64,000 nt of DNA from Paludibacteraceae bacterium (GTDB lineage: Bacteria; Bacteroidota; Bacteroidia; Bacteroidales; Paludibacteraceae): NCBI GenBank assembly GCA_036734385.1, contig DAIMYQ010000004.1, positions 24,375 to 88,374 on the forward strand, in the 5' to 3' direction. Below, piece after piece: positions 55,280-64,000 of this stretch; position 1 is the stretch's first letter; each line of letters begins with the position of its first letter. A model generated the notes under the pieces. The model made no database searches. It was not told where the DNA came from and saw nothing but the letters and a program-made list of their open reading frames with translations. The translations under genes were made by a program, and so were the position numbers.

Positions 55280-55398
55280 CAGTCCGATTGTTTTTCCACA
55301 GACATTAAATGTTTAGTTTACAGCCGTTAAGATTTTTTTAGCCTGAAATCTTATCAGTGGGTAGACAAAGAAGTAGAAAAAATAAAAAAAATATTATT

Positions 55399-55854
55399 GT
55401 GAATACACTAAGTTATAGAACTATTTCTGCCAATAAGGCAACAGCTCAAAAAGAGTGGGTTGTTGTAGACGCAACAGACCAAGTATTGGGTCGTATGTGC
55501 TCTAAAGTGGCAAAGTTGTTAAGAGGAAAGTATAAACCAAGTTTTACTCCTCATGTGGATTGTGGAGATAATGTTATCATTATCAATGCGGACAAAGTAA
55601 GAATGACAGGAAATAAATGGGCGGATAAAATATATCTTCGCTATACCGGTTATCCTGGTGGACAAAGAGAAATGACCGCTAGGCGCTTACAAGAAAAAGG
55701 TTCAGACCGTCTTTTTAATAAAGTACTTAAAGGTATGTTGCCTAAAAACTCTCTTGGAGCTGTATTGCTTGGTAATGTGTATGTTTATGATGGTGCTGAA
55801 CATCCCCATCAGGCTCAGAATCCTAAAATAATTGATTTAAACGCTCTTAATTAA
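55399..55854 (+). CDS. rplM: 50S ribosomal protein L13
   Basis: The KEWVVVDATDQVLGR...LRGKYKPSFTPHVDCGDNVIIINA core. Proposed GTG start at 55399 (MNTLSYRTISANK); the track's longer N-terminus (55357) is basic junk. Confidence 0.95.
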   Translation: MNTLSYRTISANKATAQKEWVVVDATDQVLGRMCSKVAKLLRGKYKPSFTPHVDCGDNVIIINADKVRMTGNKWADKIYLRYTGYPGGQREMTARRLQEKGSDRLFNKVLKGMLPKNSLGAVLLGNVYVYDGAEHPHQAQNPKIIDLNALN

Positions 55855-55859
55855 TAAGT

Positions 55860-56246
55860 ATGGAAGTAATAAATGCATTAGGAAGAAGAAAAGCTGCTGT
55901 AGCTCGTGTGTATGTGAGTGAAGGTAAAGGCAATATAACTATCAATCGTAGAGAGCTTTCAACATACTTTCCATCAGGAATTTTGCAATTCATTGTAAAG
56001 CAACCCTTAACAAAACTAGATGTTGCTGAAAAATATGATGTTAAAGTAAACTTGAATGGTGGCGGATTTAAAGGTCAAGCAGAAGCTTTACGTTTAGCGA
56101 TCGCTCGTGCGTTGGTGAAAATTAATCCGGAAGATAAATCAGCGTTGAAGTCAGAAGGATTTATGACTCGTGACCCACGTGAAGTGGAACGTAAAAAGCC
56201 GGGTCGTCCAAAAGCTCGTAAAAGATTTCAATTTAGTAAGCGTTAA
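55860..56246 (+). CDS. rpsI: 30S ribosomal protein S9
   Basis: GRRKAAVARV and ...GGGFKGQAEALRLAIARAL...DPREVERKKPG..KARKRFQFSKR. Confidence 0.97.
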   Translation: MEVINALGRRKAAVARVYVSEGKGNITINRRELSTYFPSGILQFIVKQPLTKLDVAEKYDVKVNLNGGGFKGQAEALRLAIARALVKINPEDKSALKSEGFMTRDPREVERKKPGRPKARKRFQFSKR

Positions 56247-56397
56247 TATTTTAAGAATCAAATTCGACCATTTGTTTTGTCTTTTGTTCATTGCAAATAG
56301 GGTTGGACGAGGTTGTTTAGTATCTAAATTGTTGAGACTTTTATTAAATTACTCAACAGTTGTTTTCAAGAAGAATGTAAACAAATAATTTAAACAA

Positions 56398-57234
56398 ATG
56401 CCAAGAACTAATTTTCAAGATTTATTAGAAGCAGGTGCTCATTTTGGTCACTTGAAAAGAAAATGGAATCCAGCTATGGCTCCTTACATATTCATGGAGC
56501 ATAATGGTATTCATATCATAGATTTACACAAAACTGTTACAAAAATAGATGAAGCATCTGATGCTTTATTCCAAATAGCAAAACAAGGCAAAAAAGTTTT
56601 GTTCGTAGCTACTAAGAAACAAGCAAAAGATATTATTGCAGAAAAAGCAAGTGCGGTTAATATGCCTTATATCACAGAACGTTGGGCTGGTGGAATGCTT
56701 ACTAATTTTCCTACCATTCGTAAAGCTGTTAAGAAAATGTCTGTTATTGACAAAATGGCAACTGATGGAACTTTTGAAAATCTCTCAAAAAGAGAAAAAT
56801 TACAAATTTCTCGTCAAAGAGAAAAATTGGAAAAGAACCTTGGAAGTATTGCTGATTTAACTCGTCTTCCTGCTGCGTTGTTTGTTGTTGATGTAATGAA
56901 AGAACAGATTGCAGTAAGAGAAGCCAATCGTTTGGGTATTCCTGTATTTGCTATCGTTGATACAAACTCTAATCCAAACAATATTGATTACGTTATTCCT
57001 GCTAATGATGATGCTTCAAAATCAATTGAAATGATTTTGAAAGCAGTAACTGATGCTATTCAAGAAGGTTTGCAAGAGAGAAAGAATGATAAGATGGAGG
57101 CTGAAGCCGAAGCTGTTCCAACTGAAAAGAAAGAAAGAAAAACCCCTGCAAAAACAAGAGCGAGGAGAAATATAGATGAGTCTGCTTTGAATGCTAATGT
57201 TGCAGACAAATTTTTGAAGGAAGAAAAAGAATAG
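56398..57234 (+). CDS. rpsB: 30S ribosomal protein S2
   Basis: LLEAGAHFGHLKRKWNP, ERWAGGMLTN and EANRLGIPVFAIVDTN. Confidence 0.97.
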   Translation: MPRTNFQDLLEAGAHFGHLKRKWNPAMAPYIFMEHNGIHIIDLHKTVTKIDEASDALFQIAKQGKKVLFVATKKQAKDIIAEKASAVNMPYITERWAGGMLTNFPTIRKAVKKMSVIDKMATDGTFENLSKREKLQISRQREKLEKNLGSIADLTRLPAALFVVDVMKEQIAVREANRLGIPVFAIVDTNSNPNNIDYVIPANDDASKSIEMILKAVTDAIQEGLQERKNDKMEAEAEAVPTEKKERKTPAKTRARRNIDESALNANVADKFLKEEKE

Positions 57235-57266
57235 TTTTCCTGCTTTCAATCAAATAAAACAAATAT

Positions 57267-57316
57267 GTTACAACTGAAGCTCTTTTTTCAAAGTGGTGGC
57301 GGTTGTAACTTTTTTA
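57267..57316 (+). terminator. Hairpin plus T-run between rpsB and tsf (partial terminator/attenuator)
   Basis: 8-bp stem GTTACAAC (57267-57274) / GTTGTAAC (57302-57309) with a large loop, followed by TTTTTTA. Confidence 0.45.
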
Positions 57317-57348
57317 TGTAATAATCAATAATTTAAAAACAAGATATT

Positions 57349-58173
57349 ATGGCAGTAACGATGGCAGATATTTCCAAACTTCGCACAATGACCGGTGCGG
57401 GTATGATGGATTGTAAGAATGCGTTAACAGAATCAAATGGAGATTTTGATAAAGCAATAGAGATAATAAGAAAAAAAGGTCAAGCTGTAGCTGCAAAACG
57501 TAGTGATAGAGAAGCTTCAGAAGGTTGCGTATTGGCTGCTCATACCGGAAACTTTTCCGCATGTGTTGCTTTGAAGTGTGAAACTGACTTTGTGGCTAAA
57601 AATGCTGATTTTATCGCTTTAACTCAAAGTATTTTAGACGTAGCAATGGCCCAAAAGCCCGCCGATTTGGAAAGCTTATTAACTTTGCAGATTAACGGAG
57701 CTTCAATCGCAAGTTTGATTACAGATAGAAGTGGTATTACCGGGGAAAAAATGGAACTTGGTTTTTATGAATTTGTAAAAGGCGAAGCAACTGTTTCTTA
57801 TATTCATCCGGGAAATAAGTTGGCTACGATTGTTGCGTTTAACCAAGCAAGTGTTGATTTAAAAGCCGCAAGAGATATTGCTATGCAAGTAGCTGCCATG
57901 AGTCCTATTTCGTTGAATAGAGAATCAGTCCCTGCAAATATTGTAGCTACTGAATTAGAAATTGGTCGCGATAAAGCTCGTCAAGAAGGTAAACCTGAAG
58001 CCATGTTGGATAAAATTGCTCAAGGTCGTCTAAACAAATTTTATCAAGAATCAACCTTATTAGAGCAAGCTTTCATCAAAGATGCTAAAATTACTGTTCA
58101 ACAGTATTTACAACAACAAAATGCCGGTTTGACAGCAACTGATTTTAAACGTGTAACGTTAAATCAAGAGTAA
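57349..58173 (+). CDS. tsf: Translation elongation factor Ts
   Basis: ISKLRTMTGAGMMDCKNAL and the ETDFVAKN motif. Confidence 0.95.
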   Translation: MAVTMADISKLRTMTGAGMMDCKNALTESNGDFDKAIEIIRKKGQAVAAKRSDREASEGCVLAAHTGNFSACVALKCETDFVAKNADFIALTQSILDVAMAQKPADLESLLTLQINGASIASLITDRSGITGEKMELGFYEFVKGEATVSYIHPGNKLATIVAFNQASVDLKAARDIAMQVAAMSPISLNRESVPANIVATELEIGRDKARQEGKPEAMLDKIAQGRLNKFYQESTLLEQAFIKDAKITVQQYLQQQNAGLTATDFKRVTLNQE

Positions 58174-58200
58174 AAGTTTTTGGTTGTATCATATTTATGA

Positions 58201-58245
58201 ATGGACTGATTTTTGTGTTTTACAGGAGTCAGTCCATTTCATTTT
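58201..58245 (+). terminator. Rho-independent terminator after tsf
   Basis: 9-bp stem ATGGACTGA (58201-58209) / TCAGTCCAT (58229-58237), followed by TTCATTTT. Confidence 0.65.
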
Positions 58246-58325
58246 CACTATAATCGAACAATGAATCCAAAGAACAATTTATTATATTCAAATTCTTGTA
58301 ATAAAATGTTTCAAAATATGGGGAA

Positions 58326-58370
58326 ATTGAAAAAAGGAACGTCTGACTAAGATAAATTAGTCAGACGTTT
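58326..58370 (-). terminator. Rho-independent terminator after metG
   Basis: 13-bp stem AACGTCTGACTAA (58338-58350) / TTAGTCAGACGTT (58357-58369) with a 6-nt loop. On the minus strand it is followed by CCTTTTTTC. Confidence 0.8.
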
Positions 58371-58402
58371 GGTATAAATTTAAGTGAAAATTATTATTTT
58401 CT

Positions 58403-60460
58403 TTATCCTACGTTTACTCCGGTTTTCACTGTATCGTTTGGAGAAATAATGACCAGACGTCCGTCAGCGTCTTCTGCTGAAAGAATCATCCCCTCACTGA
58501 CTACTCCTTTGAGTTTACGTGGTTCGAAATTGGCCATGAAACAAACTTGTTTCCCGATAAGATCTTCCGGGTTATAATATTTAGCAATGCCTGATACAAT
58601 TGTTCTACCACCCATGCCGTCATCAATTTTAAATTGCAATAGCTTGTCGGCTTTGGGTACTCGTTGACAATCAAGGATAGTACCTACACGAATATCCATT
58701 TTCATGAAAGCATCAAAAGAGACTTGTTCTTTAACTTCATTGGGTTTGTAATTATCCAATTCGTTTATCTTTTTAGTATCTAACAATTTTTGAATTTGAG
58801 CTTCTACCACATCGTCTTCAATTTTTTCGAAAAGCAGTTCTGGAGCATTTAGTTTGTGTCCCTCCTCGATTAGTTGGGTGCTTCCTAATTCTTTCCAATT
58901 GAAAGAACTAAGTCCTAGTATCTTGCGTAATTTGTCGGCGGTAAATGGAAGAAATGGTTCAAAGGCTATTGCCAAATTGGCTGCAATTTGTAACGCTAAG
59001 TTTAAGATAGTTGCCGTGCGAGCCATATCTGTTTTAGCTGTTTTCCAAGGTTCGGTATCAGCTAAATATTTATTACCAATACGAGCCAAGTTCATTGCTT
59101 CTTTTTGTGCATCTCGGAAACGGAAAACATCAAGGTATTTCTCAACGTCAGCTTTTACATTGATAAATTCTGCTAAAGTTTGTCTATCGTAATCGGTTAA
59201 TTCTCCTATGGCCGGAACTTTTCCGTCAAAATATTTTTGAGTAAGAACCATGGCACGATTGATAAAATTACCAAAAATGGCCACTAACTCACTGTTATTG
59301 CGTGTTTGGAAGTCTTTCCACGTGAAGTCATTATCTTTTGTTTCCGGAGCGTTAGCGGTCAATACATAACGCAATACATCCTGTTTCCCGGGAAAGTCTA
59401 CAAGGTATTCGTTTAGCCATACAGCCCAATTTCGGGAAGTGGAAATTTTGTCTCCTTCAAGGTTTAGAAATTCGTTTGCAGGGACATTATCGGGGAGAAT
59501 ATAAGAGCCTTCTGCTTTTAACATAGCAGGAAATACGATGCAATGAAATACAATATTATCTTTGCCAATAAAATGTACCAAACGAGTTTCGGGGTCCTTC
59601 CACCATTTTTCCCATTTTCCGAATTTTTCGGGTTGATTGTCGCAAAGTTCTTTAGTATTTGATATGTAACCAATTGGTGCATCGAACCATACATAAAGAA
59701 CTTTACCTTCCGCATTTTTCAAAGGGACAGGAATTCCCCAGTTAAGGTCGCGACTAACTGCACGAGGCTGTAAGCCCATGTCAAGCCAACTTTTACATTG
59801 TCCATAGACGTTAGTTTTCCATTCCTTATGGTCTTCCAAAATCCATTTTCTCAACCATTCTTCATGTTGGTCAAGAGGCAAATACCAGTGTTTGGTTTCA
59901 CGCATTACGGGTGCGTTACCGGTAATAGCTGATTTTGGGTTGATTAAGTCTGTCGGATTAAGTGATGTTCCGCAAGCTTCGCATTGGTCTCCATATGCAT
60001 TTTCGTTACCACAATGGGGACATTTCCCCGTGATATAACGATCAGCCAAAAATTGTTGAGCCGTTTCGTCGTAATACTGTTCATTAGTTTGTTCTATAAA
60101 ACCTCCCTTTTCATAAATGGTTTTGAACATCCCGGAAGCTACTTCGTGATGAATTTTGGAAGAAGTACGGGAATAGATATCAAAAGAAATTCCAAATTCT
60201 TCAAATGACTTTTTGATAATTCCGTGGTACCGGTCTACAATATCTTGAGGTGTAACTCCTTCTTTTTTTGCTTTGATAGTAATAGGAACTCCATGTTCGT
60301 CGGAACCGCCAATGAACAAAACATCTTCACCTTTGAGGCGGAGGTAGCGTGCATAAATATCCGCTGGCACATAAACACCGGCTAAATGTCCAATATGGAC
60401 AGGACCGTTAGCGTAGGGAAGAGCTGAAGTGATAGTAGTCCTTTTGAATTTTTTCTCCAT
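58403..60460 (-). CDS. metG: Methionine--tRNA ligase with a C-terminal tRNA-binding (EMAP-like) domain
   Basis: [16 protein letters not shown] (HIGH), Zn knuckles [18 protein letters not shown], and KISTSRN (KMSKS-like). The start at MEKKFKR (ATG 60460) is supported by a -7 box at 60488-60495 inside the track's longer ORF. Confidence 0.96.
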   Translation of the reverse strand: MEKKFKRTTITSALPYANGPVHIGHLAGVYVPADIYARYLRLKGEDVLFIGGSDEHGVPITIKAKKEGVTPQDIVDRYHGIIKKSFEEFGISFDIYSRTSSKIHHEVASGMFKTIYEKGGFIEQTNEQYYDETAQQFLADRYITGKCPHCGNENAYGDQCEACGTSLNPTDLINPKSAITGNAPVMRETKHWYLPLDQHEEWLRKWILEDHKEWKTNVYGQCKSWLDMGLQPRAVSRDLNWGIPVPLKNAEGKVLYVWFDAPIGYISNTKELCDNQPEKFGKWEKWWKDPETRLVHFIGKDNIVFHCIVFPAMLKAEGSYILPDNVPANEFLNLEGDKISTSRNWAVWLNEYLVDFPGKQDVLRYVLTANAPETKDNDFTWKDFQTRNNSELVAIFGNFINRAMVLTQKYFDGKVPAIGELTDYDRQTLAEFINVKADVEKYLDVFRFRDAQKEAMNLARIGNKYLADTEPWKTAKTDMARTATILNLALQIAANLAIAFEPFLPFTADKLRKILGLSSFNWKELGSTQLIEEGHKLNAPELLFEKIEDDVVEAQIQKLLDTKKINELDNYKPNEVKEQVSFDAFMKMDIRVGTILDCQRVPKADKLLQFKIDDGMGGRTIVSGIAKYYNPEDLIGKQVCFMANFEPRKLKGVVSEGMILSAEDADGRLVIISPNDTVKTGVNVG

Positions 60461-60487
60461 ATTCCAATAAAATAAGAATTTAATTCG

Positions 60488-60495
60488 CAAAGTTA
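60488..60495 (-). promoter_or_regulatory. Candidate -7 box (TAACTTTG) for metG
   Basis: TAnnTTTG match on the minus strand 27 nt upstream of the ATG at 60460. Confidence 0.5.
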
Positions 60496-60589
60496 AGTAA
60501 TTTTTGGTGTTTATGAAAGGATGATTTTACGCTGATTATTTTATGAATTGATGCACAAACGCCGCATATTCTTTTTCCAATAAAAAGTG

Positions 60590-60597
60590 TATCTTTG
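60590..60597 (+). promoter_or_regulatory. Candidate -7 box (TATCTTTG) for the glycan locus
   Basis: TAnnTTTG match 26 nt upstream of the ATG at 60624. Confidence 0.55.
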
Positions 60598-60623
60598 TTT
60601 TTGACAAAGAAGCTAAAAAAATA

Positions 60624-61913
60624 ATGACATTGTTTCAAAAAATAGGCAATATTTTTCGTGCTGATTTTGTGAAAAATTCAGCTACTTTATTGTTTGCTAA
60701 TGTATTATCGCAGGCAATAACGTTGTTTTTTTATCCTCTTTTAACCCGTTTATACAGTCCTTCCGATTTCGGGTTATTTAATCTTTTTCTGAGTATTGGA
60801 GGAATAATAACCCTTTTTGGAACAGCTAATTATCACTATGCGATTGTATTACCTCCAAAAGAAAAAAAAGCCATTGATTGTTTTCATATTGGGCTTTTTA
60901 TCAATATTATAATTTTTATTGTTTGTCTTTTTGGCTTATTCTTTACCTCCTCAATAGCAAGTCTTTTTGATACTCCCATTTTGGCAAAATATTTATATCT
61001 GCTACCATTTTTTGTGTTTCTCTCGGCCTTTTGGAATTTGTTAAATTATTGGTTTACAAGGAAAAAACAGTTTAAAAATATCGGTTCCTACCAATTAATA
61101 CAAAGTGTCGGTACATCTTCTTTGAAATATGGATTTGGGTTGCTTGGATATTTGGGCGGAGGTTTAATCATAGGAACAGTTGTTGGCCAATTGCTTGCTG
61201 TTTGCAGTAGCATTGCTTTAGCTTGGCGTAAAGGTGTAAAGAAATTGTTTTCAGTTGACAAATATGGAATTAAGGTTGTAGCAAAAGAATATGCTAATTT
61301 TCCGAAATATTCGTTGCCTCATAGTGTGGTAAATACTTTAGGGGGTAGTATGCCTATATTGTTGCTTACACCGTTCTTTTTGATTGGAGATATTGGTTAT
61401 TTTGGGATGGCGTTAGCATTAGCATTTCGACCTATTAATATTATATCTAGCTCATTGAATCAGGTTTTTTATCAGACGACAGCAGTAAGAGTCAATCATG
61501 ATTTGGAAATCTTGCCTTTTTTTAAGAGGTTTATATCCCGAACTGCTCTCATTTTAGTCCCATCATTTATTTTGTTGTATTTTATTCTGCCTTGGTTGAC
61601 CGGGTTTTTATTGGGACATGGTTGGAGTGAAACGGGCGAATACATCAGACTTATGTTACCTTGGTTGTTAATGTCAGCAATGGTGGCTCCTATTTCTTAT
61701 TTGGCAGATATTTTTGAAAAGCAACGAATAGGTTTATTGTTTGAGGTTGCCTCCATTTTAATGCGTTTATCCGGTTTATTAGTGGGTATTTATTTCAAAA
61801 GTTTCTATTTGGCAATTGCGTTATATTGTGTGGCGAGTACATTGATTATAGCACTACAACTAGTTTGGTACTGGGGCATTATTACGTCATATGAAAATCG
61901 AATAAAGAGCTAA
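60624..61913 (+). CDS. Wzx-like oligosaccharide flippase (polysaccharide biosynthesis protein, MOP superfamily)
   Basis: 429 aa with about 12 TM helices. The N-terminal pattern ...NSATLLFANVLSQAITLFFYPLLTRLYSPSDFG is typical of Wzx-type flippases. Confidence 0.7.
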   Translation: MTLFQKIGNIFRADFVKNSATLLFANVLSQAITLFFYPLLTRLYSPSDFGLFNLFLSIGGIITLFGTANYHYAIVLPPKEKKAIDCFHIGLFINIIIFIVCLFGLFFTSSIASLFDTPILAKYLYLLPFFVFLSAFWNLLNYWFTRKKQFKNIGSYQLIQSVGTSSLKYGFGLLGYLGGGLIIGTVVGQLLAVCSSIALAWRKGVKKLFSVDKYGIKVVAKEYANFPKYSLPHSVVNTLGGSMPILLLTPFFLIGDIGYFGMALALAFRPINIISSSLNQVFYQTTAVRVNHDLEILPFFKRFISRTALILVPSFILLYFILPWLTGFLLGHGWSETGEYIRLMLPWLLMSAMVAPISYLADIFEKQRIGLLFEVASILMRLSGLLVGIYFKSFYLAIALYCVASTLIIALQLVWYWGIITSYENRIKS

Positions 61914-61914
61914 C

Positions 61915-63099
61915 ATGAGAGTATTACAATTACCATCATGGTATTTGCCTGAAGGCGGACATTTTTGTCTTCACCAAACTTTGGCACTACAAGAACAAGG
62001 AGTAGAAGTCCATATCTTGGCAAATGTAGTATTACCTTGGCGAAAATATAGATATAAAGTTTTCGGTTACCCTTTCAACTCCTTTTTTACAGAAGAAGAT
62101 GGAGTTACTTTGTTGAGGAACTATGCATGGAAAATACCTTTTGTTGATGAATGGAATATAAAAATATGGGTAGCCCGTACGGTTCAATTATTCGATAAGT
62201 ATGCCAAGAAATACGGATTGCCGGACATTATTCATGTACATAGTAGTATGTGGGGTGGATATGCAGCGGCCTTAATAAAGGAAAAGTATGGAGTTCCGTA
62301 TGTTATAACGGAACATAGAGGGAGGTTTTCTTCTCATTCCGAGAATATGGAAATTTTGTTCAAAAAAAGTTATACGAAATATTTGAATGCTGCATTTTCT
62401 AATGCCAGTGCTATTATAACTGTTTCTGACCAATTACAGGAAAAAGTAAAAACATTTACCAACGGGAATGTTCCTATTGTAACAATTTCTAATTGTTTGG
62501 ATACAGATTTCTTTTCGTATCAAGAACGATTAAGAATGGATGATAAGTTCGTTTTTATGAACGCTAATTCATATCATTTTGCCAAAGGCTACGATATTTT
62601 GTTACCTGCCTTTGACAGGGTTTGTTTGCAACATCCGAATGCTTCTCTTATTTTGTTGGGCGAAGGGTTTGATAATCATGCTTTTGTATCATTGTTGAAT
62701 AAAGTACGTTGTCGAAATATTATTGTGTTTGCAGGTTCGCATAACCGAGAAGGAGTAAGAGAATATTTACGAAAAAGTGATTGTTTCGTTTTGTCCAGTC
62801 GTATTGAATCACAGTCTGTTGCTTTGTTAGAAGCATTAAGTTGTGGTATTCCAGTTGTTTGTACACAAGCTGTGCCTGTAGAAATTGTTCCACCAACAGT
62901 TGCGATTCAGTGTGAAAGCAATTCGGTGGAAGCATTGACAATTGCGATGAATCAGATGATTGAGAAACAAAAAACTTTTGACCCGATAGAAATTAGTAAA
63001 TTTGCTCAATCTGTTTGTAGTAAACAGGTTGTTGCTTCAAAAATTATTCAGGTATATCAATCCATTCTTACAGAAAATGATTCAATTAGTACGAAATAA
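61915..63099 (+). CDS. Family 4 (GT-B) glycosyltransferase
   Basis: C-terminal E-x7-E region SRIESQSVALLEALSCGIPVV and the two-Rossmann length (394 aa). Confidence 0.78.
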   Translation: MRVLQLPSWYLPEGGHFCLHQTLALQEQGVEVHILANVVLPWRKYRYKVFGYPFNSFFTEEDGVTLLRNYAWKIPFVDEWNIKIWVARTVQLFDKYAKKYGLPDIIHVHSSMWGGYAAALIKEKYGVPYVITEHRGRFSSHSENMEILFKKSYTKYLNAAFSNASAIITVSDQLQEKVKTFTNGNVPIVTISNCLDTDFFSYQERLRMDDKFVFMNANSYHFAKGYDILLPAFDRVCLQHPNASLILLGEGFDNHAFVSLLNKVRCRNIIVFAGSHNREGVREYLRKSDCFVLSSRIESQSVALLEALSCGIPVVCTQAVPVEIVPPTVAIQCESNSVEALTIAMNQMIEKQKTFDPIEISKFAQSVCSKQVVASKIIQVYQSILTENDSISTK

Positions 63100-64000
63100 T
63101 GGTGCTTTATGGTATCAAAATGAATCCGTTTGGGTGAAAGGATATTGTTTTGATGAACAAAATAATTTTTTAGAGAAGGAAAAATTGTTGGATTTCTTTG
63201 CTGAAATTCTCACAGAACATGATTTAGAGAAAAAATTAAAGCAAATAAACGGTATTTTTTCAGTCATCATCAAAAGAGATAACAAGACCATGTTGGCGAG
63301 TGATAAAACGAGAGTGTATCCGTTATTTTATTCCGTTGCTCAAAATGAACTTTATATCTCGGATGATCCGTCCCTAATTTTGCCTCCGAATCCGGAGATA
63401 GACAAAGATGCTGAAGTTGATTTCCTTTTTTCTTCCGTAGTGTTAGATAGAAAAACGCTTATCAAACACGTTTACCAAGTAAATCCGTCAAGTTTTGTCG
63501 TTTTTCAAGAGGGCTGTGTTACGCAAAAGACCTACTATTCTTATGGTGTAACTGAAAAAGAGATTAAAGCATATAATCATCCACAGGAGGTTTTTAGCAA
63601 TACTTTGAGGTCTTGTTGTAATCGATTGATAGAATCCACCAGAGGGCGTCAGTTAGTTATTCCATTAAGTGGCGGATACGATTCAAGGTTGATAGTTGCG
63701 ATGCTCAAAAAATTTCATTATAATAACGTAATTTGTTATACCGTTGGTCGACCTGATAATCCTGAATATAATATTGCAAAGAAAGTAGCAGAAACTTTGG
63801 ACTATCCGTATTATTTTATTGATAATAGCAGTCCTGAAATTATTGGGGGATATTTTGATGATGAATGTTTTAAAAAATATTATGCTTTTTCCGGAGCATT
63901 TAGTAATCTGTTTTGGATGTACGAATATTTTGGAGTGAAAGAATTAGTCGAAAAAAATATTATTCAAAAAGACGCTGTTTTTATTCCTGGTCATTCAGGT
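63077..64000 (+). CDS. Asparagine synthase (AsnB)-family PP-loop amidotransferase-like protein; runs off the right edge
   Basis: Not in the ORF track because it is open-ended. Hand translation from the ATG at 63077 gives MIQLVRNNGALWYQNES... with 308 codons and no stop. It contains the PP-loop VIPLSGGYDSRLIV. The N-terminus lacks the Cys2 nucleophile of class II glutamine amidotransferases. It overlaps the GT4 gene by 23 nt. Confidence 0.75.
   Translation, partial: MIQLVRNNGALWYQNESVWVKGYCFDEQNNFLEKEKLLDFFAEILTEHDLEKKLKQINGIFSVIIKRDNKTMLASDKTRVYPLFYSVAQNELYISDDPSLILPPNPEIDKDAEVDFLFSSVVLDRKTLIKHVYQVNPSSFVVFQEGCVTQKTYYSYGVTEKEIKAYNHPQEVFSNTLRSCCNRLIESTRGRQLVIPLSGGYDSRLIVAMLKKFHYNNVICYTVGRPDNPEYNIAKKVAETLDYPYYFIDNSSPEIIGGYFDDECFKKYYAFSGAFSNLFWMYEYFGVKELVEKNIIQKDAVFIPGHSG

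Noticed and set aside
38767-60490. Track-supplied extended N-termini with non-ATG starts (38767, 43844, 43913, 52451, 55357, 60490) and, within the cluster, 12586, 17065 and 18633
   Set aside because: In each case a TAnnTTTG -7 box falls inside or right at the extension, or a canonical protein N-terminus or signal peptide begins at a downstream ATG or GTG. The shorter starts were used instead.
1-64000. CRISPR arrays, toxin-antitoxin pairs, restriction-modification or other defence islands, prophage or IS elements
   Set aside because: Scanning the intergenic regions and every ORF translation showed no repeat-spacer periodicity. I saw no nuclease, methylase, integrase or transposase motifs, and no long inverted or direct repeats other than terminator hairpins.

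Overview
This is a low-GC chromosomal segment. It is probably from Bacteroidota, likely Bacteroidales-like: TAnnTTTG -7 promoter boxes precede most operons, and there is a GldJ-like lipoprotein and a DUF2723 giant membrane protein. The window has three parts. (1) Bases 1-2029 hold the 5' two-thirds of a class A penicillin-binding protein gene that the ORF track misses. (2) Bases ~2.2-29.9 kb hold one co-directional, tightly coupled minus-strand block of ~29 genes. It is an aryl-polyene/flexirubin-type type II PKS/FAS-like pigment-lipid cluster. It encodes an MIO aromatic ammonia-lyase, FabG, three Cys-His-His ketosynthases, two Cys-less partner proteins, two ACPs, two or three hotdog dehydratases, a thioesterase, a methyltransferase, three LPLAT-type acyltransferase domains, a GT2, LolA-like, lipoprotein and ArnE-like envelope proteins, and an MMPL-acyltransferase-methyltransferase-like fusion. 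It also encodes a CrtI-family oxidoreductase plus a decayed paralogue stub, a B12-binding radical SAM enzyme, a PaaK-like ligase, an ABC-2 exporter and a BtrH-like protein. No DarA/DarB dialkylresorcinol genes are present. This cluster is the accessory part of the window and the best candidate for undescribed chemistry. (3) Bases 30.4-60.5 kb are housekeeping: tRNA-Leu(UAA) and tRNA-Gly(GCC), rbfA, a LolE-like permease, an M16 peptidase, folP-cdaA, a CoA-transferase, class I fumarase, queG, metK, dusB, rpsO, purD, rplM-rpsI, rpsB-tsf and metG. A glycan locus follows at 60.6-64.0 kb with a Wzx-like flippase, a GT4 and an asparagine-synthase-like gene that runs off the right edge. I saw no CRISPR array, transposase, integrase, prophage or recognisable defence system. 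All family assignments come from motifs read by eye in the translations. No database search was run.
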